From the NCBI GenBank assembly GCA_002269645.1, contig NIVC01001101.1, forward strand, positions 124,001 to 188,000: a DNA stretch of 64,000 nucleotides, read 5' to 3'. The position numbers and the translations under genes were made by a program. Below are positions 39,391 through 49,949 of this stretch, piece after piece; positions within the stretch are counted from its first letter, which is position 1; the number at the start of each line of letters is the position of its first letter. The stretch is from Macrostomum lignano (lineage: Eukaryota). The notes beneath the pieces were generated by a model, which saw only the letters and a list, made by a program, of their open reading frames with translations, searched no databases and had not been told where the DNA came from.

Positions 39391-39711
39391 TTCTTTACCT
39401 TACCCTAACCTCATCTGAACAGAATTTGGAAATTTCTGCAGAAGCATCTGCCCATCCCTTACTTCAATATTGTTATATTTTATAACGTACGCAAATAGGA
39501 ATTCATGCTTGAGTTCCTCAATTGTCTGAAGATAACTGTGACGGGTCAGCAAATTGTGTTGAAATCGGTAGGCCCGGCTGAATGAACACTGCGCGCCAGT
39601 CACGAGTGAAGGTTATCTTCGGAATAAATTTAATTTAAAGAGTTTTAATCAATTATTAGTTGACAGTAGCTCGTAAGATATAAGATATAACATTTGATAT
39701 GGAAAACATAC

Positions 39712-42005
39712 TTCTTTGTCGCCACAGCGCACTCGAATTTTATTTATGTTCTCGTAGCCTGCAAACAATCGGTCGGAGCACTGCAACAAAATTTCATCAT
39801 GTGCAGATTGGCTCGCATGCTCTGTTGCTTGGGCCACACGGACTGACTCGAAGAGTTGCTGGCTGGACACCGCCTCTTCAAACCATTCTGTCAGATCGGA
39901 ATCGTTGGCAAGGTGGTAGCGAATTTCAGCATCAGAACAGTTCAGCACAACGACTTGGCCGTACTCTTGGACCTGGGCCCCTTGAATTTCCAGGGTGTTG
40001 CCCACGGCCCAGTTATTCACTCGAGTTGAACTTTTTGCCCAGAATGTGCAGGACACGGAGGATGCCGAGTCATCGACCAGCATTACTTTGGCCAGGTTGA
40101 CGGGAGGCCCATATTTTCTCTGGACTTCCTTCGACGGTTCGATGTTTTTTATCACACCTCGGATGTCAACTTTTCTGTTTAAGTAGGGCAAAAGTGCACC
40201 AGTTATGGATTACAAAATCTTGGTCTTCTGTCAAACCCCTGGATTATCGGGATTAGGAATTCCCGGCCAAAGATAATGCCGGGATTATCCATCCCGGTAA
40301 ATCCAGAGTTATTCGTAATCCTGAGATCCCAAAAATTCATCTCGATCCTGGGACTAATCCTTGGATTCTGGAGTAGAATATGATCGCAGTAGAGATTTAT
40401 CAATTCCCAACTACATTAAGCCAGAAATACTAAATCAATAGCAAATGATTTCATGAGCTAGCTGTACTTGTTGAATTGTAACTTTCTAGGTTTCTTGTGT
40501 AATCTGCATATTGGTTTTTATTTTTTATTTTGTATAGCTACATGCTGCCGCAACAAGTCCAATCAATATTTCTTATTTCAATATTTCAGTATTTCTGTGC
40601 ATGTGTGTGACTGATCGATTTTTGAAAAAAAAACTGCTAAACCGATTTCGTTAGAACTGCACTGTTCGATCAGAAATAATAGCGTGGGAAAATGGTTTCA
40701 GTTTACGAATGATATGAGTTTGTGCTAAATCAAAGAAAAATAGAGAATAAGAGGATGAGACTGACAGGTCTGACAAGAAAAAAAAATTCCAGGAAAGGAG
40801 AAAGAAGAAAGAGAGTGTTAGGTTTTGGCCGAAGAATGATTACAAATTCAAAGACAACTTTTATGAGCAGCCCTTGGCTTGCTACTTTCTATAATGTTCG
40901 CTCGCTCTATAAGCGAGGAGTTTGGAACCTTTTTATTTTATACCACTTACGAGCATAGCTTTTGCTTCTCGATGTCGTGGTCTGTATCAAACGGAACGAG
41001 TTTGTAACCATAGACACAGCCACAAAGTAAATTCATTTATAGCTAAGAGCTCGATAGCTCACAGAGAGGAAAGAGAGAAGAGAGGAGAGATGAGAAAGAA
41101 GAGAAAGAGGAGAGGACACAAAGCAGTAGGATTTTGCTATAGTGTTAAACGGAAATGTTAGTCAAATACTCTTGCTCATAACCGTACTGCAGCTCAGAAT
41201 TAGGAACAGATAGTCAAGAGCATTTAGTAGAGATGGAATATTCGTTATTCGGATTTGGTACTCGAAAAATAATATGAATCCGAATATTCGGTATTTAGAT
41301 TTGGTATTCGTGTTCGGAAACATATTGGATTCGTTCTTTCTCTAGAATTTAGGCACATTATTGGTTTTAAATCCCGAAAATTCCCGGGATTCATAGATTT
41401 TTATCACGGATGCCGGAATCCCCAATACCGATAATTTGTGATCCTGGGACTATCGATCCGGGTAAATCCCGACAACCCCGACATTGATCCTAGTCCCGGG
41501 ATTGCAAACCCTAGCACCGGTAAAGACTGTATCTAATAATTTAAAAATTATGAAAACCTTGAAATATTTTTAAGCACTTACTTCTTCATGGAGACGGCAG
41601 AAAGGTCGCCGATTTTTTTATACACCGCGGGTGGCCGATTGACGATCTCTTGGGTCGCTAGGATGGTCGCATTATTGTCTACTGACAGAGTTATTTCAAG
41701 GCGATTGTCGGTGCAGTTGTAGGTCTGATTTGCAGGCTTCACCCAACCCCCAGACACTCTTACAGTGCTTGAGTCTTGGCACATGTCGTGGTGATTTTTA
41801 AGTCGCGACCGAAAACGCTCACTCGAATCTCATTCTGGCCATCAGCCAAAACAAATGAAAATACTTGGCCGTTTCCCTTGGCGCTAGTATAATTCTTGAG
41901 CTGCGTCACTCGGGACACCAGGCCGATTATAGAACCGTCCATTAGGCCAGGCACAAGAGCTGCGATGCTCAGTTTGCTCTTAGCAGTTGTAGTATCTGTT
42001 GCCAT
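39712..42005 (-). pseudogene. RPA70-like ssDNA-binding protein gene (two OB folds); exons 42005-41582 and 40174-39712; one frameshift near 41800
   Basis: GNGQVFSFVLADGQNEIRVSVF...GWVKPANQTY resembles RPA70 DBD-A; KVDIRGVIK...VMLVDDSASSVSCTFW...GAQVQEY...WF resembles DBD-B. The GT-AG intron 41581-40175 is phase-consistent. Confidence 0.75.
40200..41515. mobile_element. Degenerate hAT-like MITE remnants in the RPA-like intron
   Basis: CCCGGGAT-rich subterminal repeats at 40200-40420 and 41360-41515, ending GGGATTGCAAACCCTAG. A TAGAGATGGAATATTCG end with ATTCG repeats lies at about 41225-41330. Confidence 0.5.
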
Positions 42006-43715
42006 TGTTACAAAGAGAACAGAAAATGCTGGAAAAATAGCAGTTTAAAAATGAAATAAAAAAGGTTGGGAGACGGTTTGAGTTGCAGTTAGACAAACTT
42101 TGAGATCATCCGAATAAAATATCTTTTATTTTATTAGCTGCACCAGACAGCTAGAGTACCTGTAATTAGGCTGGGGTGGGGCACCGGCTGAAATTTGATA
42201 ACAGATCAATTAAGTTTGAAAGCTAAACATTTCTACCTGGCCATGATTTAATTTAATAATTGCTCAATTAAATTAAAAAGCCAATTTTTTCTACTTAGTC
42301 ATGATTGAATTTAATAACTGATCGATTAAGTTGGGCAATCTTTACGTTTTTACCTGGCCGTAGTTAGCTCTGAAACGCACCGGCTTAAGAAGTAGCGGCA
42401 GGTCGCCTCATTGTAAAGCTGATTAATATAGCTCAGTATTCAATTCCCTCGCAGCTCACCTTTTCAACTTAAATCTGATACGTGCTGCACCTGCTGGATC
42501 AAAGTCATTAAAGACTAATTAAAGTAATTACCAAATCGAACAAATAATACCGGCCCACCGGCTCAATTATGCGCTCGTGCGCCCCTATAAAAGATCGCAA
42601 TGAGGCAAGCCAAGAGTCAAGAGCTCTGAGATTACGCTCGTATTTGTTTTCTTCGTCATTAATACTTGCATCAGCTAAGCAACAGCACCGGCCCGCAAAT
42701 ACGAGTATGAAGATAGTGAACAACTACACAAAAATAGAGCTACATGGCCTAAATGTTTTGTGCTGAATAAATAATTACTCTATTAGTGCAACAGAAGAAA
42801 TATTCTTATTGCAGTTCTTAAAACGAAATATTGCGGTTGCCGTTCGGCCAATATGCACAAACTAAGTCGCCCTGCTCGTGCTTTCCGGCCGGATTGTTGC
42901 CGCCACCGTCAGAGGCTGCGGCGTCGTTAAGCGGACGGCGGCGCTTTGTTTGAGCCGATGTCTCGCGCCTGTGGCAACCTAAATTGGGCGGAAGGTTTTG
43001 ACGGCTTTTATGTTTTCTTTCTAGGATCAATATAATAATTTAGTAATTTTCGTAATTTTTCAATTCTAATTACCTTGCCAGTCGACGCTTCAATTGCCTT
43101 CATGAGCACGTCGTTGCCCGCCCTTCGGTAGCGGTCTGTATGCACTTAATATGCATCAAGTGCTACTTTAGGAGTATGCTACAGACGGTCAGCCATCAAC
43201 TGTTTATCAGCGCCAGCCAAGAGCTTGAATAGAAGATATAAATGAAAGTTACTAAATTTATAAGCAATGGAAATTTATAATTTTGCATTTAGGATAATAA
43301 AGATTAGATATTCTGTCAGTGCAGATAATTTTTATATAACTAAATATCCATAGAAAAAGAACTATACGTACGAGTCCCTGGCTTGTCGATTGTAAATTAG
43401 CTAGGTCACAATAATAAGAAGGAAGGAAATTGCTGAATCACAGTGATAAGAAGTAAGAATTAGCACACAAAAGAATTATTTCTAGCAATACTCGCTTTTG
43501 TTTCAATGAACACTCGAAAGCTTGTACATCTTACGTTATGTAACAGCTCGCTGAACCGAGTCCTATGTTCACGAAACATTCCTTCAAAGCTGACATACTT
43601 GAACTTAATGAATGGACTTATGTAAAAGATCCCTAAGTCGCCAATAAAACGTCACTTTAATCCCAACGCTGATTTCAAATGTAAGGGGTGTAAGATTATA
43701 TGAAGCTGACGGCCT

Positions 43716-43735
43716 GAATCCCACCGTCGCTACCA
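43716..43735 (-). promoter_or_regulatory. Primer-binding site complementary to a tRNA-Leu-like 3' end
   Basis: TGGTAGCGACGGTGGGATTC, 2 nt after the LTR end ...TTTTACA. Confidence 0.75.
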
Positions 43736-43737
43736 AA

Positions 43738-45005
43738 TGTAAAAGCTCTCGAATTATATACACTTCACGGAGTTAAATATTAATCTAGTTTTAACTTTCC
43801 TACTAACGAGTAGTCTCTCGCCGATAAAAAAATCTAGCGCTAAGCCGAAATGGGCTAATCGTCTCGCGCGCCCTATAATTTCCTTGTGCTATATGTCTCG
43901 TGGTAGCTCTAGGTTTCCACTGGGGTCTTTGTCTCGCTAGACTCCTAGATTTCCGCTGAGCTCTCTGTCTCGCTAGGTCTTTGTCTGACTGCAGACTAGC
44001 GTCACCTGGACTTTAATAGGTAAGGACTCAGCGTCTGGAGTTGATTAACTGGGCTAAACGTTCGGGAACTCTTAACGGGGCGGATTGACTGGTGATCGCT
44101 GACAATAATCCCAAATAACTTTGACTAACGGTAGTTCGCCAGAGATCTGGCTAGTAGTCATTGGAAGACATTTCAGACAATCTATGAGTAGCGGCGATAG
44201 TTAGGGCCTAAGGCTATACTGCTTATATTGCACCAGCCGAAGAGCGGTACCCAGAGATGGTCTGATAGAGTGCGACCGATAATTCTTGATAAATTGCGTT
44301 TCCTACCAAATCGGTAATTAATCCCATAGCTAAAATGTCAATCACGAAAGGTAGTTCGCTGCCACCAGTCGAAGCTATGATTAAATTGACTGAGACAAAC
44401 CGCTCTCAAAAAAAGGTTTGATTAATTAAAACTGAATGACTTAAATTGTAACTTCGAAGTAATAAGTTGACAAATTTAATTATTGAACTGGTAAATTAAC
44501 TAGCACACAAGCAGAAAAATATTGATAAAAACTTGGTTGAACACTAAAAATTTACATAAATATATGCTTGGCGTCCTGTGTCCTTACCAACACAGTCTGT
44601 TAGAGCTAATTAATAATTGCGTCTACGGCTCGACTATTTTCAATAAGTAGGAGCTTCGATAACACTAGGACTCAGTTGAGTATCTATAACTAATTAACTC
44701 ACGAAGTCACTAGACAGTACAGGCTGGGCTTACACAAGCCAATGTCAACTAAGACTTGGAGCACACAGTCCGGCCAAAGAGAGGCAAGGGCCAACGCGCG
44801 CGGAGTTTCAAACTGGTGCGCGCGGTATTTATACCCGCAATGTCAGTGCATTCAAACAAATAATTGACACTGTCGCGCAGTTACTGTACGTTACTAGTCA
44901 GCGCATGTGCATAAGTTTTCAGTGAATTAATTCGCATGTTTAGTAATTTCTTATTCTTCATTAGTAATTTCATAGTTAATGCGTAATCCAAGGAGCTTTA
45001 CCACA
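43738..45005 (-). mobile_element. LTR of an LTR retrotransposon (~1.27 kb)
   Basis: Begins TGTGG (45005) after the purine tract AAGGGAG and ends TACA (43738) before the primer-binding site. Internal TATAAATA at 44826-44833. Confidence 0.7.
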
Positions 45006-45661
45006 ACTCCCTTGGACTAATAAAAAACTGTAAAAAGATTTTTGAACTTGTTAGCAAAATATGAAAAATATTGTTTTAGTTTTGCTGGTTTTATTGACAC
45101 GATTAAACAAATAAGCGATTTAGGGTGACTCCTTAGCAGCAAGAAAACGACATCAGATACAATCAGTTTAGCGTTATACGCCACGCCGAGCAATGCGTCT
45201 TCAGATGTAGAACGACGGTCGCAGCATTTCTGTCAGACCCCATCCGGTCCACCCACATACGATCTGCGCGAGTGCGCTAGGCTGCGCACTCGCCTGGCCG
45301 TCACACGCTCGCTGAGCCGGGACGGCGACATGACTGCCTGCAGGAGGTTCTCCCGCACTTTAGCTAAGATGCGAGGGTAGCTACTTATAGTAATACATAC
45401 GAGTTAATATTTCCTTAGCCCTATATCAACTGGCTTCCCTTACTTAATTTTTTTGAAGAAGTTATATGCGTGAGTAAAATTAAACATAGTATTATAAGTA
45501 GCATATTATTGAGCAAAAAGAGGTAAGCACGGGTGAGCAAAGATAAATATAGTATACGTAAGCAAAAATAGACATGGCAATGGTGAGCAAAATAAGCATA
45601 GGCATAGATGAACAATGGTGAACAAAATAAATATAGGCATAAGCATAGATGAGCAATGGTG

Positions 45662-46357
45662 TCAATTAATTATATTTATAGTCAGTTCATCCCAAACTCG
45701 ATTGGCAAGTTGTTTTGTACTGGCCAACCGATGAGTACCAGTATGATGGACTGGAGGGCGTACATGACCGCCATACGCCATCGAGTCCTGCTGAGCCGGC
45801 CGCTGATTGGTGTATACCGCCGGCGGGGTCTCAGGTGCTGGTGGCTGTCGCAGTGTAGACACCTGCTGACGGTTTAGTGGTGGCACATCGGCTGATGATG
45901 GCGGCAGAGATGACCTATGCCTGGTCGGGGTCGTCTATTTACGCTGCTGATTCGACTGCGGCGGTTTAAGCCGGATGAGCTTTGACCGTTTTGCGGGCAC
46001 ATACTGCGTAGTCGCAGATCCAACCGGGTATCGGCGGGTCAATGTCGTCTCTGGGACGACTGGCTTTTCTGCCTGTCGCTTTAGTAAGGCTTGCCGAGCT
46101 TCGGGGTCGTGCGGCACTGGTAGCTTTTTAATGACTATTGACTTCAATACTGGCTTAGCACTTTTCTGGGTGTCTACCACCTCTTTCTGTTGAACTCGAA
46201 ACGCCTAATAGTTCTTCTTTAGGGTGTTCACCACCTTCTGGGTGTGTACCACCTCTTCCTCTTTCTGCCGGGTGTTCACCACCTCTTCCTTATCTTGGCA
46301 TACATCTGTAAAATTAGCTAGCAGCTCGTCAAAAGCTATCGCGTCAAATTCTTCCAT
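45662..46357 (-). pseudogene. Degraded unknown ORF upstream of the LTR (MEEFDAIAFDELL...), two in-frame TAG stops
   Basis: A single frame runs from ATG 46357 through ORFs 45935-46180 and 45662-45886 with only TAG interruptions. Confidence 0.45.
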
Positions 46358-46521
46358 GATTATTTCCTAGCTATCTTCTAGCTCTAAATCTAGCTCTGAA
46401 TTCTATCCTGACTCTTTTCTGTCTCAAGTGTCCTTTTTATGTAGTCTTGCTCCCCCCGCTAAGAATTATTTAAACAAACTGAAAAATGAAGGCCAACAGA
46501 AACATAAAAGTAAATTATTAT

Positions 46522-46560
46522 AGCCAACGCGTTTCGACACAAGCGGTCATCTTCAGGGCT
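46522..46560 (-). ncRNA. Minimal type I hammerhead ribozyme of Penelope-like element type
   Basis: AGCC CUGAAGA U GAC-CGCUUGU-GUC GAAA CGCG UU GGCU: catalytic core, stems I and II, and palindromic stem III (ACGCGU). Confidence 0.8.
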
Positions 46561-46864
46561 TGCACTCATGGTTCACAATTCCGTATATTTAAATAAATAA
46601 AGACAATCAAAGACTGTACAGGGCAATAGACGAATGGGTTCAGTCCGGTCAATAATTGTACATTAAGAGACAAAAATAAATTGTGTCCATTACTCTGCCG
46701 CGTTCAGTGGCTTGCCGGTGTACGATGTGCGGAGTAATGGGGTTTAAACTGTGAGGGGGGAGGCTGCATGCCTATTTATGCCGCCGCGCGGCCTTTGCAC
46801 TCTCGCCACTCTTTGCGCTCAATTTTTTAACTAGCTATTTTTTAAGCAGGCTAGCTATTGAAAT

Positions 46865-47383
46865 ATGTGTGAACCGCAAGAACCGCTGAATCATTATACA
46901 GCCAAAGAGCTCGGTGGCCTTTTATTCAATTATGGGTGCAAACAACAAGGCAAAAAGAGTGAGCTCATTCAGCGCCTACGCCAAGCCATGCAGCAAAGCA
47001 CACACAGCCGGAGATCTGAACGGAGACGCCAGGCTAAGGACGAAGAGGACGCCCTCTCTGCAGCGCTGGGTGCAGCCCGGATCAGCGACGGATCTGACGA
47101 GGAGACTGCCGCGGGGCCCCCGTCCCAGTCGGATGGCGACCGGAGAAAGCGGCTTCAGCACGAGGTGGAAGAGCTGGAATGTCGGGTCCTCGAGAACCGC
47201 AAGGCTCAGCTGCAGCGACAGCTAGGTGGGCTCGAGGCATCGGGATCATCGCTGTCTCAGCCAGGTGAGCGCCAGTCTGCGACTGATGTTTTGCGTGAAT
47301 GTGCTGAAACGCTAGGCCAATCGGTAGGGACTGGGCAGACGAGTGCCGGTGGCAGTGCTATCCCGACAGGATCAGGCCAGTAG
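46865..47383 (+). CDS. Truncated SAP-domain protein, probably a retroelement gag-like N-terminus
   Basis: YTAKELGGLLFNYGCKQQGKKSELIQRLRQA fits the SAP consensus and is followed by a coiled coil. The stop codon is supplied by the insertion at 47381. Confidence 0.55.
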   Translation: MCEPQEPLNHYTAKELGGLLFNYGCKQQGKKSELIQRLRQAMQQSTHSRRSERRRQAKDEEDALSAALGAARISDGSDEETAAGPPSQSDGDRRKRLQHEVEELECRVLENRKAQLQRQLGGLEASGSSLSQPGERQSATDVLRECAETLGQSVGTGQTSAGGSAIPTGSGQ

Positions 47384-47478
47384 TAGTATGTTATAAGGGG
47401 CTGCGCCACACTTATTGCTCGGGCGCATTGCGCGCCAGCTCGCTGGATGACTCAGCCCCTTATAACATACTACTACTA
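47381..47478. mobile_element. 98-bp miniature TIR element with CCAG target duplication
   Basis: TAGTAGTATGTTATAAGGGGCTG / CAGCCCCTTATAACATACTACTA(CTA). CCAG at 47377-80 and 47479-82. Confidence 0.8.
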
Positions 47479-47528
47479 CCAGGAGGTCAGAGTTGCAAGT
47501 GTGTGATATTTAAATATACATATATCTG

Positions 47529-47659
47529 TGAGTGAGGGTGTTGAGGGTGAGGGCATGTGGGGGCATTGGCCTGTGGAATATTTCACAGAACACAGATTTT
47601 CCGGAATTTTTATACTTTTAAAAAAGGGGGGGGTGCCCTCGCCCTCATGCCCTCACTCA
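47529..47659. repeat. Imperfect inverted repeat (MITE-like)
   Basis: TGAGTGAGGGTGTTGAGGGTGAGGGCA / TGCCCTCGCCCTCATGCCCTCACTCA. Confidence 0.65.
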
Positions 47660-48269
47660 TTTTGAAAATCAGTAAAAATAAGTAAAAAATGACTAAAAAC
47701 AGGTGAAAATGGTCTGAAAACAGCAATTTTTTGTGATTTTCAAAAATTTTGAAAAAGTGCAATTTTCACGATTCCAGCTCTAAAACCATGAGAAAAGTTG
47801 GATTCACGGGTCAATTCAATGCAATTTCAGGTCTATAGAATATGAAAGTGTCATCCAGTTTAACGATAGTAAATTATATATATATAAAATGGCCTTCAGT
47901 AAACCATTATTTCTAGGAAATGCTTTAGATATTCAGTCAGCTATAACAAAACTACCACCCATCTTCTCCACTGGAAAATATCCTGGCGAATTTCATATTC
48001 CAGGGTATTCTTTTGCAAGCCAACAGCTCTGACTCACAATGCTGATGATGTATCAGATCCCCGTAACGTGGCACATTTTTGTCTATTTTTAGAACTAGAA
48101 AAAAAATGAATGAAGCAAACACAAAAGACTCTCAGACACACAGAGTGGGTGGCTCCACTGGAGCACAAAGGCAGCCTTTATTTCAAAGAGTTGTTTTCAT
48201 GGTATATACTAAGGTAAGTAGCGCGGAGTGAATGTTTGAATGATAATTGTCACTTTAAGTAGTAGCATG

Positions 48270-49167
48270 TCAATTTTTCTGGACGTCCAGAAAAAATTCT
48301 GGATATTTGTCTGTCATGTGTTTATTCATAATAAAAGCGCTTCCCATTTCGCTAGTGGCTGCTTCAATCGTGTCGTTCTCTTCTTCATCAAGCATGCTGT
48401 CATCCTCTCCTTCAAAGTGCAGTTCGATGTCGAGTTCGAGGCGGCATGCGAAATTCTCATCTTCTGATGCTCTTTGTTCAATTGCCTTCTTGAACGTCAG
48501 AATGGTCTCAAAGCAATATCCAGAAATTACCAGACTCGGGTACTTTTTTGTTAGCTTGTAGAATGTAAATAGTCGCTGGGCAAACTTCACATCTATATCT
48601 AGCTTTCTCGCAACTCCTTCAATGCTCAGTCCGAGTTTTTCTTGCAACGCAGCAATTACTTCTGCTTGCTTCTTCCTGGCAATACAACCCAGCACTTCAA
48701 GGTCGGCGATGAAACCTTCCAGTTGATTGAACCGTTCGATCATGCGAGTCTCATCATCGCCAATGATAGATGTGCACACCTCCTTTGCGTTGTAGAACCT
48801 ATAATGAAAATGGACTCAAGTTATGATATTTGCTTTTATTCAATGAAATTATGGAGAATGAAACTGAAACTTACCGAGTCCTGATAGTTGTTACTTCGTT
48901 TGTCACTCCTCTCATTTTTTCGATAAGGCGTCCAATAAATCGGCTTTCTCTAATAGATTTAGAATCGCTCTCTTTGCTCTTCTCTTCCTTCTTATTCTTC
49001 TTGAAGGACTCACATTCAATCTTTCGCAGTTTTTCCAGTAATGAGTTCTGCTCCTCGTTAGACAAGCGACTAACTGCAACTGCTGAACTTGATTGGTCTT
49101 TTGAGCTAATACTCTTAATCGTGGAAACTATCTTAGATGGAAGCTTTCTATCGCTGGAAGAAGCCAT
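48270..49167 (-). CDS. Two-exon orphan gene (~273 aa) with an HTH-like segment and acidic tail; exons 49167-48875 and 48798-48270
   Basis: The GT-AG intron 48874-48799 joins two ORFs in frame (...TIRTR|FYNAKEV...). LGLSIEGVARKLDIDVKFAQRL looks helix-turn-helix-like. Confidence 0.7.
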
Positions 49168-49949
49168 TTGAAATATGTTGTATAGATAGAATTCTAAACC
49201 TAAAGTAAATTTTCTCTTGCTCTTGCTTGCTAAGCTAAATGAAACTAATATAGTGATGAAGAGAAGGGTCGCAGTCAGCCGATAACAGATTACAACTAGC
49301 AAAAGTGTGTGGGTGTGAGCCACGCATTAAACTTAATATTATGTGTGTGAGTGTATTAATTTCAACAAAGAATCTCTAACAATTACTCACGCGCTCGTTG
49401 TGCGAATTGAGATAGAGAGTATCTTTTAATAAACACACACAAATAACTACCATAACGTTTGAGAGTTGGTGAGTGTGCCAGTCCTGCATCAGCCTGTAAA
49501 TTGTTGTAAAAGACAGCTAGCATGAGGGGTGCGCTTAGTGTCTTTTATGAGTTGAATAAGGGGGTTTGATGAAGATGAAAAAACACTGAACTCCTGTGAG
49601 AGTCTCGGAGAGTGGCAGCGGAGTGTGGTGTGAGTCAGTCTCAATCTCTCAATCAGCGAAACCAGAATTCCAAAACCAGATTGTAACTGCTAAATTTTCT
49701 TAGAAAAATGTAAGCTAATAACCCAAATGTTCGAAATGCTCTACCACAAAAATACTATGATTCTATTATAAACTTCTCTCAAATAAAAACACCCACTTGA
49801 AAGTTTCGACTAATTGAAGAAATTGATAAAGCTTACGATGAATATAAAGCAGAAATATTAAAACACACCGATTGTAAATGCCCCCCTTATTTGTATTCAT
49901 TCAGAGTATATCTTGCACATGTTGATAAATGGGCATTGATTTCGAGACA

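Noticed and set aside
47379-47477. Left TIR of the Polinton
   Set aside because: The inverted partner is only about 50 bp away, there is a 4-bp rather than 6-bp TSD, and no matching end exists near 59.5 kb. Kept as a separate mini-element.
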